Positions 40,697-50,703 of a DNA stretch of 64,000 bases are shown in pieces; the stretch's first letter is position 1, and every line of letters begins with the position of its first letter. The stretch spans positions 1,184,001 through 1,248,000 of the forward strand of contig CAVUVW010000013.1 in NCBI GenBank assembly GCA_963745035.1, in the 5' to 3' direction. Both the position numbers and the translations under genes were made by a program. The notes under the pieces were generated by a model, which worked only from the letters and a program-made list of their open reading frames with translations, made no database searches and was not told the origin of the DNA. The stretch comes from an uncultured delta proteobacterium (GTDB lineage: Bacteria; Desulfobacterota; Binatia; UBA9968).

Positions 40697-42386
40697 CTAT
40701 TTCGTCTCGCCTGCAATCCCAGTGGAGACTTCCTGCGTTCCCGAAACGTAGCCCAGCCTGCGGTCCCGTTCAACGAGCTCGCAAGGCCGCTCCTCGGCTG
40801 GACCGTAACCGCCGCCGCCGGCTGTGAAGAAAGTAACGCTGCCGCCCTTCTTCAACGGGTAGTTCGGTTTCTTGGTAAGCCAGGTGCCGGGATCCGCTGG
40901 TGATTGCTTCACGAGCGCTTTCGCGGTGGCGCCGGGTTCGCCGCCGAAAAGTCCCCATGGCGCGGTGCGTTGGCGTTCGACGTTGATGTTGGTAAACGCA
41001 TCGCAGAGCACGCGCACACAAATTTCGATGCCCAAACCGCCGCGGAATTTTCCGGCGCCGCCGCTCCTCTCGCGCAGGCGCTGATGCTCGACCATGACCG
41101 GGTAGTAGATTTCTTGCAACTCCACCGGCGCGTTCTGCACATCGCCCTGGCACATGGACACCGTGGCGCTTTCGCCGTCTTCGTGCGCGCGCCCGCCCCA
41201 GCCACCGCCCATGATCGTCTGGCAGAGAAATCTTCGTCCGCTTTTCGGATCCGTGCCGAAGAACGCGTATCCGCCCATGTCGCCTTTGTGTCCTGCGGCG
41301 ATCCGCTCCGGCATCGCTGGAGCAAGAGCTTTCAGGATCAGATCGATCACCGTCGGCAAGGTGCGGCTCCAGTTGCCCACCGGCGCCGGCGGCGTTGCAC
41401 TCAAAATTTTTCCCTCGGGAATAGTGATCTTCAGTGGGCGGAAACAGCCTTCGTCGATAGGCGAGTACGGTGCCACCAAGGATTTGAACGCCACCCGCGC
41501 CGCCGCCACCGCGCCGGATTCGCCCGGAATTGATCGAGCCCGACACCTGATCACTGATTTCCGAGAAGTCGATGGTCATATCGCCGCCGGCGACTTCGAC
41601 TCTGACTTTGAGCTGCACCGGCCGGTCGAGATGGACGCCATCGCTGTCGAACAGCGCTTCGGCTTCGTATCTACCGGGCTTGATGCGCGCGACTTGCTCC
41701 CGTGCCAAGGCTTCCGACTGCCGCCAAATCGTTTTCACCGCGCCAAGGAAGGTTTCGACTCCGTAGCGATCGACCAAAGCTCCGAGCCCTCGGTCCCCGA
41801 CCCGGCAGGCCGCAATCTGTGCGCGCAAATCGCCGAGGCACGATTCGGCGAAACGGACGTTGTCCTTGATGATCTGAAAAATATCCTGATTGGGCTCATC
41901 GCCGCGATAGAGCTTCAGCGAGCGAAACTGCAACCCTTCCTCGTAGACTTCGCGCGTGCCGCTGAATCCAAAGCCAACCCGTGTGCCGCCGATATCGATC
42001 CAGTGCGCCCGCACGGCGAGAAAAGCCACGATCTCGCCGCGGTAAAAAAACGGCGTATAGACCACCACGTTGTTCAGATGCTGGCCGCACACGTACGGAT
42101 GGTTCATGATCAGCACGTCGCCCGGACGAAATCCGTCCTTGCCGTGCATGCGCACGCCGTCGACGATGGCCGGGCCGAGATCGGCGAGAAAGATCGGCAG
42201 GGCGCCGAAGTTTTGCGATAGAATATTACCTGATGGATCGACGATGCCGACGCAGTAGTCGCGCACCTCGTAGATCATCATGTTGTACGAAGTCTTGCGC
42301 AGCACGGTCGCCATCTCGTTGGCGATATGCGCCAGGCCGTTGCGCACGACTTCGACGGTGATCGGATTGACAGCGGGATGTAGCAT
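40697..42386 (-). CDS. Hydantoinase B/oxoprolinase family protein, copy 2 (frameshift near 41525)
   Basis: NPITVEVV, HLNN, AHWIDIGG, SGGAGKFRGG and TAGGGGYG motifs; clear paralog of 31789-33454. Confidence 0.9.
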
Positions 42387-42411
42387 TTTTACTGTTTCAT
42401 AAAGCAAGGAT

Positions 42412-42483
42412 TCACCGCGGAGACGCTGAGAGCGCGGAGTCTTTTGATTTCAGCCCTCTGCGTCCTCTGCGCCTCTGCGGTGA
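42412..42483. repeat. TCACCGCAGAG-type inverted repeat with 9-nt periodicity
   Basis: TCACCGCGGAGACGCTGAGAGCGCGGAG...CTCTGCGTCCTCTGCGCCTCTGCGGTGA; a second copy is at 47108-47183. Confidence 0.75.
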
Positions 42484-42504
42484 GGGTCGAGAGCCTTCCG
42501 CGTT

Positions 42505-43287
42505 TCATTTTTCTTCTTCGGCCTGAACCGCGCGCGACGCGGAATAACCGGACACCGTGCCTTCGCGCAGGGAGTAGAGATACTTCACCGCGTCTTCATT
42601 CGACATGTATTTGCTCATATCGTAGCGCTCGCGATGAACGAAGTCCTCCAATGGGCGGCGCACTCCCTCACGCGCCGGGACGTCGGGATAACCGATCGGA
42701 ATGATCAGATAGAGTTTCAATAGATCGGGCACCCCGAGAATCCGCTTGTGCGGCTCCTCGATATGAATCGATACCCACTCCGAAGTAAGCCCCAACGATG
42801 CGACGGCAAGATGAATCAGAAACGAAGCGTTGGCGAGGCTATCCGTCAGATGCGACTGCTCGCGCCCGAAGGTGTGCGCTCCCATCACCGTGCCCCACTG
42901 GCGCCGGCCGTCGCCCAGAACAACGATCACCGCCGGCGCCTGGTGCCAGTTGGCCTTGGCCTTGTTGAAGCGCAGCGATTCGTGCGGATCGTTTTTTACC
43001 TGGTAAGACGGATGGCGCAGATTGTATTCGCGCTGCTGCTCCATCCAGAAAATGTAATCGGTATTGTGCTCGGAGTACGCGTCGCGCAGTTGTTTTTTGA
43101 TCTCGGGATCGGTGACGACGACAAACTCCCAGGGCTGCGAGTTCGCCCCCGACATCGCCCAGCGCGCCACTTCGAGGATTTTGTTGATCGTGTCCTCGGG
43201 AATCGGGTCGGGACGAAACTTCCGCACGCTCATGCGCGTCTTCACCAGCTTGAGCAGTGTGTCGTAGGTTTCGTTGTTGCGAGTCAT
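42505..43287 (-). CDS. Nitroreductase family protein (BluB-like), copy 2
   Basis: RMSVRKFRPDPIP, WAMSGANSQPWE and GDGRRQWGTV.GAHTFGR shared with copy 1; GGAGG RBS. Confidence 0.88.
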   Translation of the reverse strand: MTRNNETYDTLLKLVKTRMSVRKFRPDPIPEDTINKILEVARWAMSGANSQPWEFVVVTDPEIKKQLRDAYSEHNTDYIFWMEQQREYNLRHPSYQVKNDPHESLRFNKAKANWHQAPAVIVVLGDGRRQWGTVMGAHTFGREQSHLTDSLANASFLIHLAVASLGLTSEWVSIHIEEPHKRILGVPDLLKLYLIIPIGYPDVPAREGVRRPLEDFVHRERYDMSKYMSNEDAVKYLYSLREGTVSGYSASRAVQAEEEK

Positions 43288-43431
43288 TTCAAAGCCTCCA
43301 TATCGTGACGGCGCTTCCGGCACTCAACGATAGAACGTTTCAAAGCGGCGCGGCGAATACTCGCGAGAATATGACAAAGCCTCGGGCAAGGAAAGAGAAT
43401 GAAAACAACTGACCTGAGAAATCGGCAATAA

Positions 43432-44880
43432 CTACTTGTCCCTGCCACTAGCGGATTCGGCTGCTTCCTGTCTACGGAAGAGCGCGAGGATGAATGCCGC
43501 GGCGCAAATTGCCGACGCGCACAAGAACACGTCTTGAAACGCGGGGGCAAAAGTCTCGCCGGCCGTGGTGCCGGGAGCGGCAGTGTCCTTCGAATGGAAT
43601 TGCCGACGCGCATCGAAGAGCATGCTCCATCCTGTGGCGCCGAAGACAATGCCGAGGGTGCGCATCATGTTCGAGATACTGCCGGCCACGCCCTGCTGAT
43701 CGCGCGGTATCGCGCCCATGACAAAGCTCATGTTCGGCGTTTCGAATATGCCCAGGCCCAGACCGACGACGCCCAGTGCGAAAGCCACAGAGAGATAATC
43801 CGACTGCGCACCGAGTCGGCTGATCATCCACAGGCCGAGCCCTTGAACAGCCAGGCCAAGCGCGCTCAATCCGGCGGTTCCGAAACGGTCGGACACTTTA
43901 CCGGAAACCGGCGCGGCGAGCGGCGTCATGACCGCGGCCGCGAGCATCAAAGTCCCGCCTATCGTGGCTGGGTAACGCAGCACTTCAATTACGTAGTATG
44001 GCACGAGCAAGCCGACGGCGAATCGAGTGCCGTTGGCGAGAACGCCGAGGACATTGGCAATCACGAATGGCGCGCGGTGAAAAAGTTTCAAGTCGACGAC
44101 CGGTGTCCTTACCCGTTTCTCGGTCATGAGAAACCCGGCAAAGCACATAACCGAGAAAAGAGCGGGGATGATCACCGGCACAGAGGACCATGCCAGCTTT
44201 CGGCTTTGACTGATCGCCGACAAAAGACTCGCCAAGCACGCTGCGAGAGTTAGAGCGCCGACAAGGTCGAAGCTCCGTCCATCCTGATTTTTTTCCAGTA
44301 CCGGCAGTTTCTTTGCCGCGAGCCAGGCCAATAGCAGGGCCGGCACCACGCGGAACAGGAAAACCGCGCGCCAGCCGAACGCATCGACCAGCACGCCCCC
44401 AATCAAAGGTCCCACGGCATAGCCCGCTGCCATGCTCATCTGCAAGACGCCAAGCGCGCGGCCGCGCGCTTCCGCAGGAACGGCCAAGGTGACCAGCGCC
44501 GGAGCGGAACCGGACATCAACGCCGCCCCAACGCCCTGTGCCACACGCGCCGCGACAAGCCAACTAAACTCCGACGCCAGCCCACAACCGACAAATCCAA
44601 CCGCGCTCACGAGCAAACCCACGGTCAATATCCGCCCATGTCCCCAAACATCGGCAAGCCGCCCGCAACCGAGCAACAGGCTCGCGTGGGGCAACACATA
44701 ACCCACGATCACCCATTGGATGGAGCTGACTTCCAATGAAAACGCCGCAGTGATCGCCGGAAACGAAATGTTGAGAGCGCTATCGAGGGATCCGAGGAAA
44801 GCACTGAAGCTGGCGAGAACAACAGATCGCGTAAGGAGCGTTGAAGAAGAACCGCGCGATGTATGTTTCTGATCGTAGAT
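43432..44880 (-). CDS. MFS transporter (DHA2-like); start codon unclear
   Basis: GRLADVWG, ARVAQGVG and GPLIGG...GWRAVF motifs; the frame stays open upstream through LGSLDSALNISFPAI without ATG, GTG or TTG. Confidence 0.82.
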   Translation of the reverse strand: MYDQKHTSRGSSSTLLTRSVVLASFSAFLGSLDSALNISFPAITAAFSLEVSSIQWVIVGYVLPHASLLLGCGRLADVWGHGRILTVGLLVSAVGFVGCGLASEFSWLVAARVAQGVGAALMSGSAPALVTLAVPAEARGRALGVLQMSMAAGYAVGPLIGGVLVDAFGWRAVFLFRVVPALLLAWLAAKKLPVLEKNQDGRSFDLVGALTLAACLASLLSAISQSRKLAWSSVPVIIPALFSVMCFAGFLMTEKRVRTPVVDLKLFHRAPFVIANVLGVLANGTRFAVGLLVPYYVIEVLRYPATIGGTLMLAAAVMTPLAAPVSGKVSDRFGTAGLSALGLAVQGLGLWMISRLGAQSDYLSVAFALGVVGLGLGIFETPNMSFVMGAIPRDQQGVAGSISNMMRTLGIVFGATGWSMLFDARRQFHSKDTAAPGTTAGETFAPAFQDVFLCASAICAAAFILALFRRQEAAESASGRDK

Positions 44881-44977
44881 ACCTATCGTTACCTTTCGCT
44901 ACTCTTACAGATACCGCGCTGCTTACAGATTCCGTTGACAAATCCGAGACACTGGACACCAAACGCAAGACTCTCTC

Positions 44978-45961
44978 CTATTTCCCCCAAATCTTTCGCA
45001 CGAACCCCTCCTCCTCCAGCCGTCTAAGATAGCGATCATTCACATAGCCCTTCGCGTCGATACCGCGTGCTTTCGAATTACTCTCGGCGATCTGTGCAAC
45101 GACCGCTTGCATCGCCTCTGCCGACGGGTACGGGACCGGTTGCAGTTGGGCGTTGAAATAATCCAAGCCTTCCGCGATCGCTTTGAGATTATTCACGCGA
45201 GTGAACTGCGCCAGCGCTTTGATCGAGTATTCGCGCTCCGTTTTGAGAATCTTGATCGCCTCGAGATACGCGCGCAGGAAGTTCATCACCTTCGCCTCCT
45301 GCTTGTCCATGAATCGTTTGCTGCCAAGCATGCCGGTGTTGAAGAACGGGATGTTCATTTTCACCGAGTCTGCGATCACATTGAGCTTGAGCCGCTCGGC
45401 CTCGCTGCCGAAAGGCGCGTTCACGACAGTGCCATCGACGTTACCCGAGGTCACCGCGGCGATGCGCGCGGGCTCGTCGCCGATTTGCAGAATAGTCGCT
45501 TCCTTGATCGGATCGACGCCAACTCGCTTCAGCAGCGCGCGCATGCCGAAGTCCGCCGAAGAACCGAAGCGGCTGACGGCGAATTTTTTGCCCTTCAATT
45601 GCTCGATGCTCCTGATCTCAGGGTGCGTGACCAGCTGGTAATTGAGTTTATCGAGCAGGCCGAGAAAGTACACGAGATCGGCGCCTTCGAGATTGGCTGC
45701 AACGCCCGGAGCGCCACTCAATTGCGATAGATCCAGGCTGCCGGAAACCAGCACTTGCACGTTGGTCGAACCGCCGGGAATGTAAACGCTCTCGGTGAGA
45801 AGACCGTACTTGACGAACAAACCGCGATCTTTCGCGATGTGGACGAGTCCGGACTGCAAGCTGATCGATCCAAGTCCCACCCGAATTTTCTCCTGGCCGT
45901 TTGCCGTGCCATTCGATCCCGAAAAAAGCACCAGTCCTAAGAGCAGGATCAAGGTTTTCAT
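44978..45961 (-). CDS. ABC transporter substrate-binding protein (NMT1/THI5-like)
   Basis: Signal peptide from MKTLILL; LKGKKFAVSRFGSSAD and LEEEGF motifs. Confidence 0.85.
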   Translation of the reverse strand: MKTLILLLGLVLFSGSNGTANGQEKIRVGLGSISLQSGLVHIAKDRGLFVKYGLLTESVYIPGGSTNVQVLVSGSLDLSQLSGAPGVAANLEGADLVYFLGLLDKLNYQLVTHPEIRSIEQLKGKKFAVSRFGSSADFGMRALLKRVGVDPIKEATILQIGDEPARIAAVTSGNVDGTVVNAPFGSEAERLKLNVIADSVKMNIPFFNTGMLGSKRFMDKQEAKVMNFLRAYLEAIKILKTEREYSIKALAQFTRVNNLKAIAEGLDYFNAQLQPVPYPSAEAMQAVVAQIAESNSKARGIDAKGYVNDRYLRRLEEEGFVRKIWGK

Positions 45962-46067
45962 AGCGCCCCTAGTAACATGAAGTTGACGAAGCAGGCAATG
46001 GCACAGCCACGTTGAACGGCAGCATACAGTGTGCGATGTTGCCGGCATCAAGCTGAGGAGGACGATC

Positions 46068-46274
46068 ATGGCAGACGTTACAATAAAACCTTTAACGAAC
46101 GGTCCGTACGAAGTCGCCGGCGGCGCCAAACTGGTCGACAACTCGGGCAAGGAGTACGCTGCGAGTGGCAGCGATCCGTTTTATCTTTGTCGCTGCGGCG
46201 CATCGAAAGACAAGCCGTTTTGCGACGGCAGCCATAAAGAAATCGGCTTCAAAGCGGAAGAGACCGCGAAGTAG
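46068..46274 (+). CDS. CDGSH iron-sulfur domain protein
   Basis: NGPY...LCRCGASKDKPFCDGSH; GAGGAGG RBS. Confidence 0.93.
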   Translation: MADVTIKPLTNGPYEVAGGAKLVDNSGKEYAASGSDPFYLCRCGASKDKPFCDGSHKEIGFKAEETAK

Positions 46275-46351
46275 CAGCAAAACAGATTCTGCACTCCCGC
46301 AAATGAGTGCTGGGGTTCCGCAGGTTCGGATACGAAACCAGGAGGAAGCTG

Positions 46352-47080
46352 GTGCAAGGAAAAATCACGATTGTCACAGGTGGAGCCAAGGGGATTGGTA
46401 GACACGCAGCGCATACGCTGGCCAAAGCTGGCGCTAAGATCGTCATCGCCGATGCGGACGTGGAACGCATGCACAAGACGCTTGGCGAGATAAAAGACAG
46501 CGGCGCTGAGGGGATCGCCGTGCCGACCGACGTGCGCGACGAAAAGGATGTGCGCCGGCTGGTGCACGAAGCTATGGATCGCTTCGGCCAGATCGATGCC
46601 CTGATCAATGACGCCGGCATCGTGCCGCACTTCAATTGGGGCGTACCGCGCTGGCCGCGGGTGCGTTATCTGAGCAAAGATTTCTGGGACAGCGTCATTC
46701 AAACCAACCTCGGCGGCACATTTCTTTGTACCAAGTACGTTGTCCCCTTCATGGAGGAGCGCCGCTCGGGAAATATCGTGAATCTCTGGGGCGGCGGCCG
46801 CGCGGAAAATCACGGCGCATCGCCGTACGTCGTCAGCAAAGACGCCATTCGCACATTCACCCGCTTCGTCGCTGAAGAAGAGCGCGAATGGAACGTCTGC
46901 GTGGTCGCGTTCAGCCCCAAGCAGGCGATCGCAACGGAAGACGCGCCCGAAGAAGCGCGCAAGCGCCTGCCCGGCCCGGAAAGCCTCGGCAATGGCTTTG
47001 TCCTCGCCGCCCAAGCGGAAATGGGAATGACCGGCAAGACCGTCGAACACCGCGACGGCAAGTTGGTCGCGGTGGATTAG
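46352..47080 (+). CDS. Short-chain dehydrogenase/reductase
   Basis: TGGAKGIG, INDAG and YVVSK motifs; GTG start after AGGAGG. Confidence 0.88.
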   Translation: MQGKITIVTGGAKGIGRHAAHTLAKAGAKIVIADADVERMHKTLGEIKDSGAEGIAVPTDVRDEKDVRRLVHEAMDRFGQIDALINDAGIVPHFNWGVPRWPRVRYLSKDFWDSVIQTNLGGTFLCTKYVVPFMEERRSGNIVNLWGGGRAENHGASPYVVSKDAIRTFTRFVAEEEREWNVCVVAFSPKQAIATEDAPEEARKRLPGPESLGNGFVLAAQAEMGMTGKTVEHRDGKLVAVD

Positions 47081-47107
47081 CGAAGATTTCGAATTGACCG
47101 GGAAAAC

Positions 47108-47183
47108 TCACCGCAGAGGCACGGAGGGCGCAGAGAACACTAATTCAAGATAAACTCCGCGAACTCCAGCGTCTCCGCGGTGA
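47108..47183. repeat. TCACCGCAGAG-type inverted repeat
   Basis: TCACCGCAGAGGCACGGAGGGCGCAGAG...CTCCGCGAACTCCAGCGTCTCCGCGGTGA. Confidence 0.75.
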
Positions 47184-47275
47184 AAAACTGTTCGGCATGT
47201 GCGCAGGAATTGCTTATCCTTCCGTTTGACCGCAGCCTGCATATTTTGTAGTTACTACGCTTCAGGAGGTGACCT

Positions 47276-47692
47276 ATGATCGCCATAGTCGATCAAATGA
47301 AAGATCTGGTAAACAACGCCTTGGCCAACGGCTGTCCATGTATTCTCGCCACTGTTTCCGGCGACGGCGAGCCGGATATCGGCTACAAAGGCAGCATGAT
47401 GGTCTTCGACAACGAGTCCCTCGCCTACTGGGAGCGCACCAAGCGACAGCACATGAAAAACGTCAAGGAGAATCCGCGCGTCATCGTGCTGTTCCGCGAC
47501 GGGAAGACCAAAGCCGCCTGGCGCTTTCACGGTACTGCGACCATGCACGAAGACGGGCCGATCCGGGAGCAAGTCATGACACGTACCGTCAAGGAAGAGC
47601 TGGACAAAGATCCCGAGCGCAAGGGCGCCGCGGTGGTGATTCGCCTCGACAAAATCACCAATATGGGCGGACAAGTTCTCCAAAGCCGTTAG
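47276..47692 (+). CDS. Pyridoxamine 5'-phosphate oxidase-like FMN-binding split-barrel protein
   Basis: LATVSGDGEP...KGS, NVKENPRV and RFHGTA motifs; AGGAGGT RBS. Confidence 0.82.
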   Translation: MIAIVDQMKDLVNNALANGCPCILATVSGDGEPDIGYKGSMMVFDNESLAYWERTKRQHMKNVKENPRVIVLFRDGKTKAAWRFHGTATMHEDGPIREQVMTRTVKEELDKDPERKGAAVVIRLDKITNMGGQVLQSR

Positions 47693-47705
47693 CATCCCGT
47701 CTTTT

Positions 47706-47737
47706 CGCTGCATGCCGGTCTTTACCGGCATGCAGCG
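47706..47737. terminator. Perfect 14-bp hairpin after the split-barrel gene
   Basis: CGCTGCATGCCGGT-CTTT-ACCGGCATGCAGCG; weak U-tract. Confidence 0.55.
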
Positions 47738-48170
47738 CTTAAAAAATCACCTTTCAAGGTCGCGCTTCCGTCCGGAGGCGGCTGGCCGAGTTTACATCGA
47801 ATTCCCGGTCACGAGCCGGATGTAGAATTCGTGTTAGTCGAGAGGCACCCGACAAAGCGGTGATTAGAGCGTCACGACCGTGGGCCGCGGCCCGCGCAAG
47901 AGACTGCGCACGCTGCAGCGAGGGCGAAGGCGGCGCAAGGGAAGATCTCACAATACGGCACTGTCCAGTCGCAGCAGCCCTGAGCACGGCCTGAGGCCGA
48001 GCCGACGCGCACTATTCAGCAAAAAATAGGAAACTTCTGACCAATACCGGAAATTGGGGAAACATCCCTGTAGATCCGGGAATCATAATCGGCGAGCGGT
48101 CGACGGAAACCGCAGCGCTCCCGATTCTTTTGCATGTAAATTGGATCGTCTAATGCTACACTAAGCGCTC

Positions 48171-48770
48171 TTGGGAGCTTTAAACGTGGAGCCAAACCTG
48201 CCGTCCAATTACTATGCCCGGGCTCTCAGAGCCATCGGCCAGGATCTCGCCGAGCTCTTTCCCCATCTGTTGGAGATCGAGCAACGCGAGCGCACCTTTT
48301 TCGTCCACGTGCGCTGCGACCGCAAAAGATCGGAGAGTAAGGCTCCTCCCACACCGGCGGAGGCCCCTCAATCAGGCTTGCGCGGTATTTTTCACAAGCT
48401 CAATACCATTCGTCTGGACAAACCGCCGGACAAACCGGATCTCGTCGATGTAAACCGCACCTACCATCCGATCGACATCAGCCGAATCGACGAAGCCGGG
48501 CTGCAACGGCGCATCACAGTCGGCAGAATCCCCGACATCCATGACTTAGGAGAAGCTTTGCGCACCATCGGCCGAATCCTCGATGCCGAGGAAGGCAGGC
48601 TTGTAAAACTTTTTCGCGACCAGCGCCGCGTCGCTTTCGAGTACATCGTCCGGGGCGGTGAAACCAAAAAAATTGAGATGACTCGGACGGAACTATACAA
48701 AGTGCAGCAGAGCTATTATCACGGCCGCTCGGGCCGCACTAGCCTCGATCTCTGGAAGGGAAAGGCGTAG
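48171..48770 (+). CDS. Hypothetical protein with internal duplication
   Basis: 199-aa ORF; YARALRAIGQDL and LGEALRTIGRIL repeats; start uncertain (TTG 48171 or a nearby GTG). Confidence 0.65.
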   Translation: MGALNVEPNLPSNYYARALRAIGQDLAELFPHLLEIEQRERTFFVHVRCDRKRSESKAPPTPAEAPQSGLRGIFHKLNTIRLDKPPDKPDLVDVNRTYHPIDISRIDEAGLQRRITVGRIPDIHDLGEALRTIGRILDAEEGRLVKLFRDQRRVAFEYIVRGGETKKIEMTRTELYKVQQSYYHGRSGRTSLDLWKGKA

Positions 48771-48838
48771 TTTCCAGTACGCTTCGGCAGTATCCAAACG
48801 CCGCCCCCAATCTACAATCTTCCGTTCGCGCGCGAGAA

Positions 48839-49699
48839 TCACGGCAGCCGCAGCTTCGGATCGAGAGCATCGCGCAGCGAGTCGCCGAAGACGTTAAAGG
48901 AGAATACCGCCAGGCTAATCGCCAGTCCCGGGAAAAGTGCCATCCACGGCGCGCGCTCGGCGAACTCCACCGCCGCGCCGCGCAGCATCAAGCCCCAGGC
49001 CGGGGTCGGCTCGGCCACGCCCAAACCCAAGAACGACAGCGACGCTTCCAGCAAAATCGCTTGGCCCAAAAAGGCCGTCAGCATGATCAGAAACGGCGCC
49101 ATCACGTTGGGAAGCATGTGACGGAAAATAATGCGCCAATGGCTTGATCCGAGAGTCAACGCGGCTTCGACGAAAAGCATCTGCCGCAAAGCCAGCGCGC
49201 TGCTGCGCACGACAAGCGCCGCGCGCGGAATCATCGGTATCGAGATCGCCAGGATGACATTCCAGAGGCCCGCGCCCATGACCGCGACCACGGTGAGGGC
49301 GAGAATGATCAGGGGAAATGACAGCAGTATGTCCATCGCGCGCTGCGTGAAAAGGTCGATGCGGCCGCCGAAATAGGCGCAGCTTACGCCGATGACCGCT
49401 CCCAAAGACGTTCCCAGGAACGACGAACAAAATCCCACCCAGAGCGCCGTGCGCGAACCGTAGAGAAGGCGCGAGAGAACATCGCGTCCGAACGAGTCCG
49501 TGCCGAGCCAATGGCTCGCCCCCGGAGCCTGCAGCATGGCGGCATAGTCGATGTCCAGCGGATGATACGGCGCGACCCAATTGGCGAGCAGCGCCGCCAG
49601 CGCCATGAGCAGGATGATCGCCGCGCCGACAAATCCCAGCGGCCGCCTGACCAAGAAATCCCGAGCGGGAGCAATCAGAGATTGCGCATTGACCGTCAC
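48839..49699 (-). CDS. Peptide/nickel ABC transporter permease (DppC/OppC)
   Basis: HWLGTDSFGRD, FVEAA, RHMLPN, SLSFLGLG and LRDALDP motifs. Confidence 0.92.
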   Translation of the reverse strand: MTVNAQSLIAPARDFLVRRPLGFVGAAIILLMALAALLANWVAPYHPLDIDYAAMLQAPGASHWLGTDSFGRDVLSRLLYGSRTALWVGFCSSFLGTSLGAVIGVSCAYFGGRIDLFTQRAMDILLSFPLIILALTVVAVMGAGLWNVILAISIPMIPRAALVVRSSALALRQMLFVEAALTLGSSHWRIIFRHMLPNVMAPFLIMLTAFLGQAILLEASLSFLGLGVAEPTPAWGLMLRGAAVEFAERAPWMALFPGLAISLAVFSFNVFGDSLRDALDPKLRLP

Positions 49700-49708
49700 G
49701 GCAAGTCC

Positions 49709-50662
49709 TCAGCGGAACCGGATGCGCGGATCGAGCCAGGCGTAGAGCAGGTCGATCAAGAAATTCATGAAGATGAACACAAACGAAACCAGCAGCACCA
49801 AAGTTTGAGTCATTGTGTAGTCACGCCGGGTGATCGACTCGACGAACAGCATGCCGATGCCGTTCAGGTTGAAGACTTGCTCGGTCACCACCAGCCCGCC
49901 GATCAAGAAGGCGAACTCCAAACCGATCACCGTGACGATGGGCAGGAGCGCGTTGCGCAGCGCGTGCTTGACGACAACGGCGCGCTCCCAAAGCCCCTTG
50001 GCGCGCGCCGTGCGCACATAGTCCTCGCGCAGCACTTCCAAAACCGCGGAGCGTGTCATGCGCGTCGCCATCGCCGAATAGCGATACCCCACCGCCAACG
50101 CCGGCCAGATGAGCTGCGACAAATTGGCCCAGGGATCGGTCCAGAAAGACGTAAAGGTCAGCGGCGGCAGCCATTTGAATAGGATCAGAAACGCCAGAAT
50201 CATCACGATGCCGAGCCAGAATGACGGCATCGCCAGTCCGCCGATCGAAAATATCCGCACGGCATAATCGATCCACGTGTCCTGTTTGAGCGCCGCTAAG
50301 GTGCCCAACGGCACGGAGAGAAGGATGGCGACGAGCGTGGCCATGAGCGCCAGTTGAACGCTCAGCTCCAAACGAATCTTGATCTCGTCAATAATCGGCC
50401 GTCCAGTCCACATCGAGTGGCCGAAATCGAGTCGCACGATGCCGACCATCCACACGGCGAACTGCTGCGCGAGCGGTTTGTCGAGTCCAAGTTGGGCGCG
50501 CTCGCGCTCAAGCGCCTCCTTGGGCGCAAACGTGCCGCTGCCGGCATATTTGAGCTCGACAATATCCCCCGGCGCCACGCGCAGCATGAAGAAAACCAGC
50601 ACCGCCACGCCGAAGAGCGTCGGGATCATCAGCAGAAGGCGCTTGAGAATATACCGGTGCAT
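49709..50662 (-). CDS. Peptide/nickel ABC transporter permease (DppB/OppB)
   Basis: DYVRTARAKGL, KHALRNA and DLLYAWLDPR motifs. Confidence 0.93.
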   Translation of the reverse strand: MHRYILKRLLLMIPTLFGVAVLVFFMLRVAPGDIVELKYAGSGTFAPKEALERERAQLGLDKPLAQQFAVWMVGIVRLDFGHSMWTGRPIIDEIKIRLELSVQLALMATLVAILLSVPLGTLAALKQDTWIDYAVRIFSIGGLAMPSFWLGIVMILAFLILFKWLPPLTFTSFWTDPWANLSQLIWPALAVGYRYSAMATRMTRSAVLEVLREDYVRTARAKGLWERAVVVKHALRNALLPIVTVIGLEFAFLIGGLVVTEQVFNLNGIGMLFVESITRRDYTMTQTLVLLVSFVFIFMNFLIDLLYAWLDPRIRFR

Positions 50663-50703
50663 TCGCCTAACTTTTTACTTTTACCCTTTTAATTTTTACT
50701 TTC

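Noticed and set aside
47895-47965. Resemblance to a glycine riboswitch (GAGA...CGAAGG...GCAA...CTCA) or a group II intron 5' end (GTGCG on the minus strand near 48012)
   Set aside because: Core elements (GGAGA, CTCTCAGG) are incomplete; no intron domain V/VI or reverse transcriptase is present.
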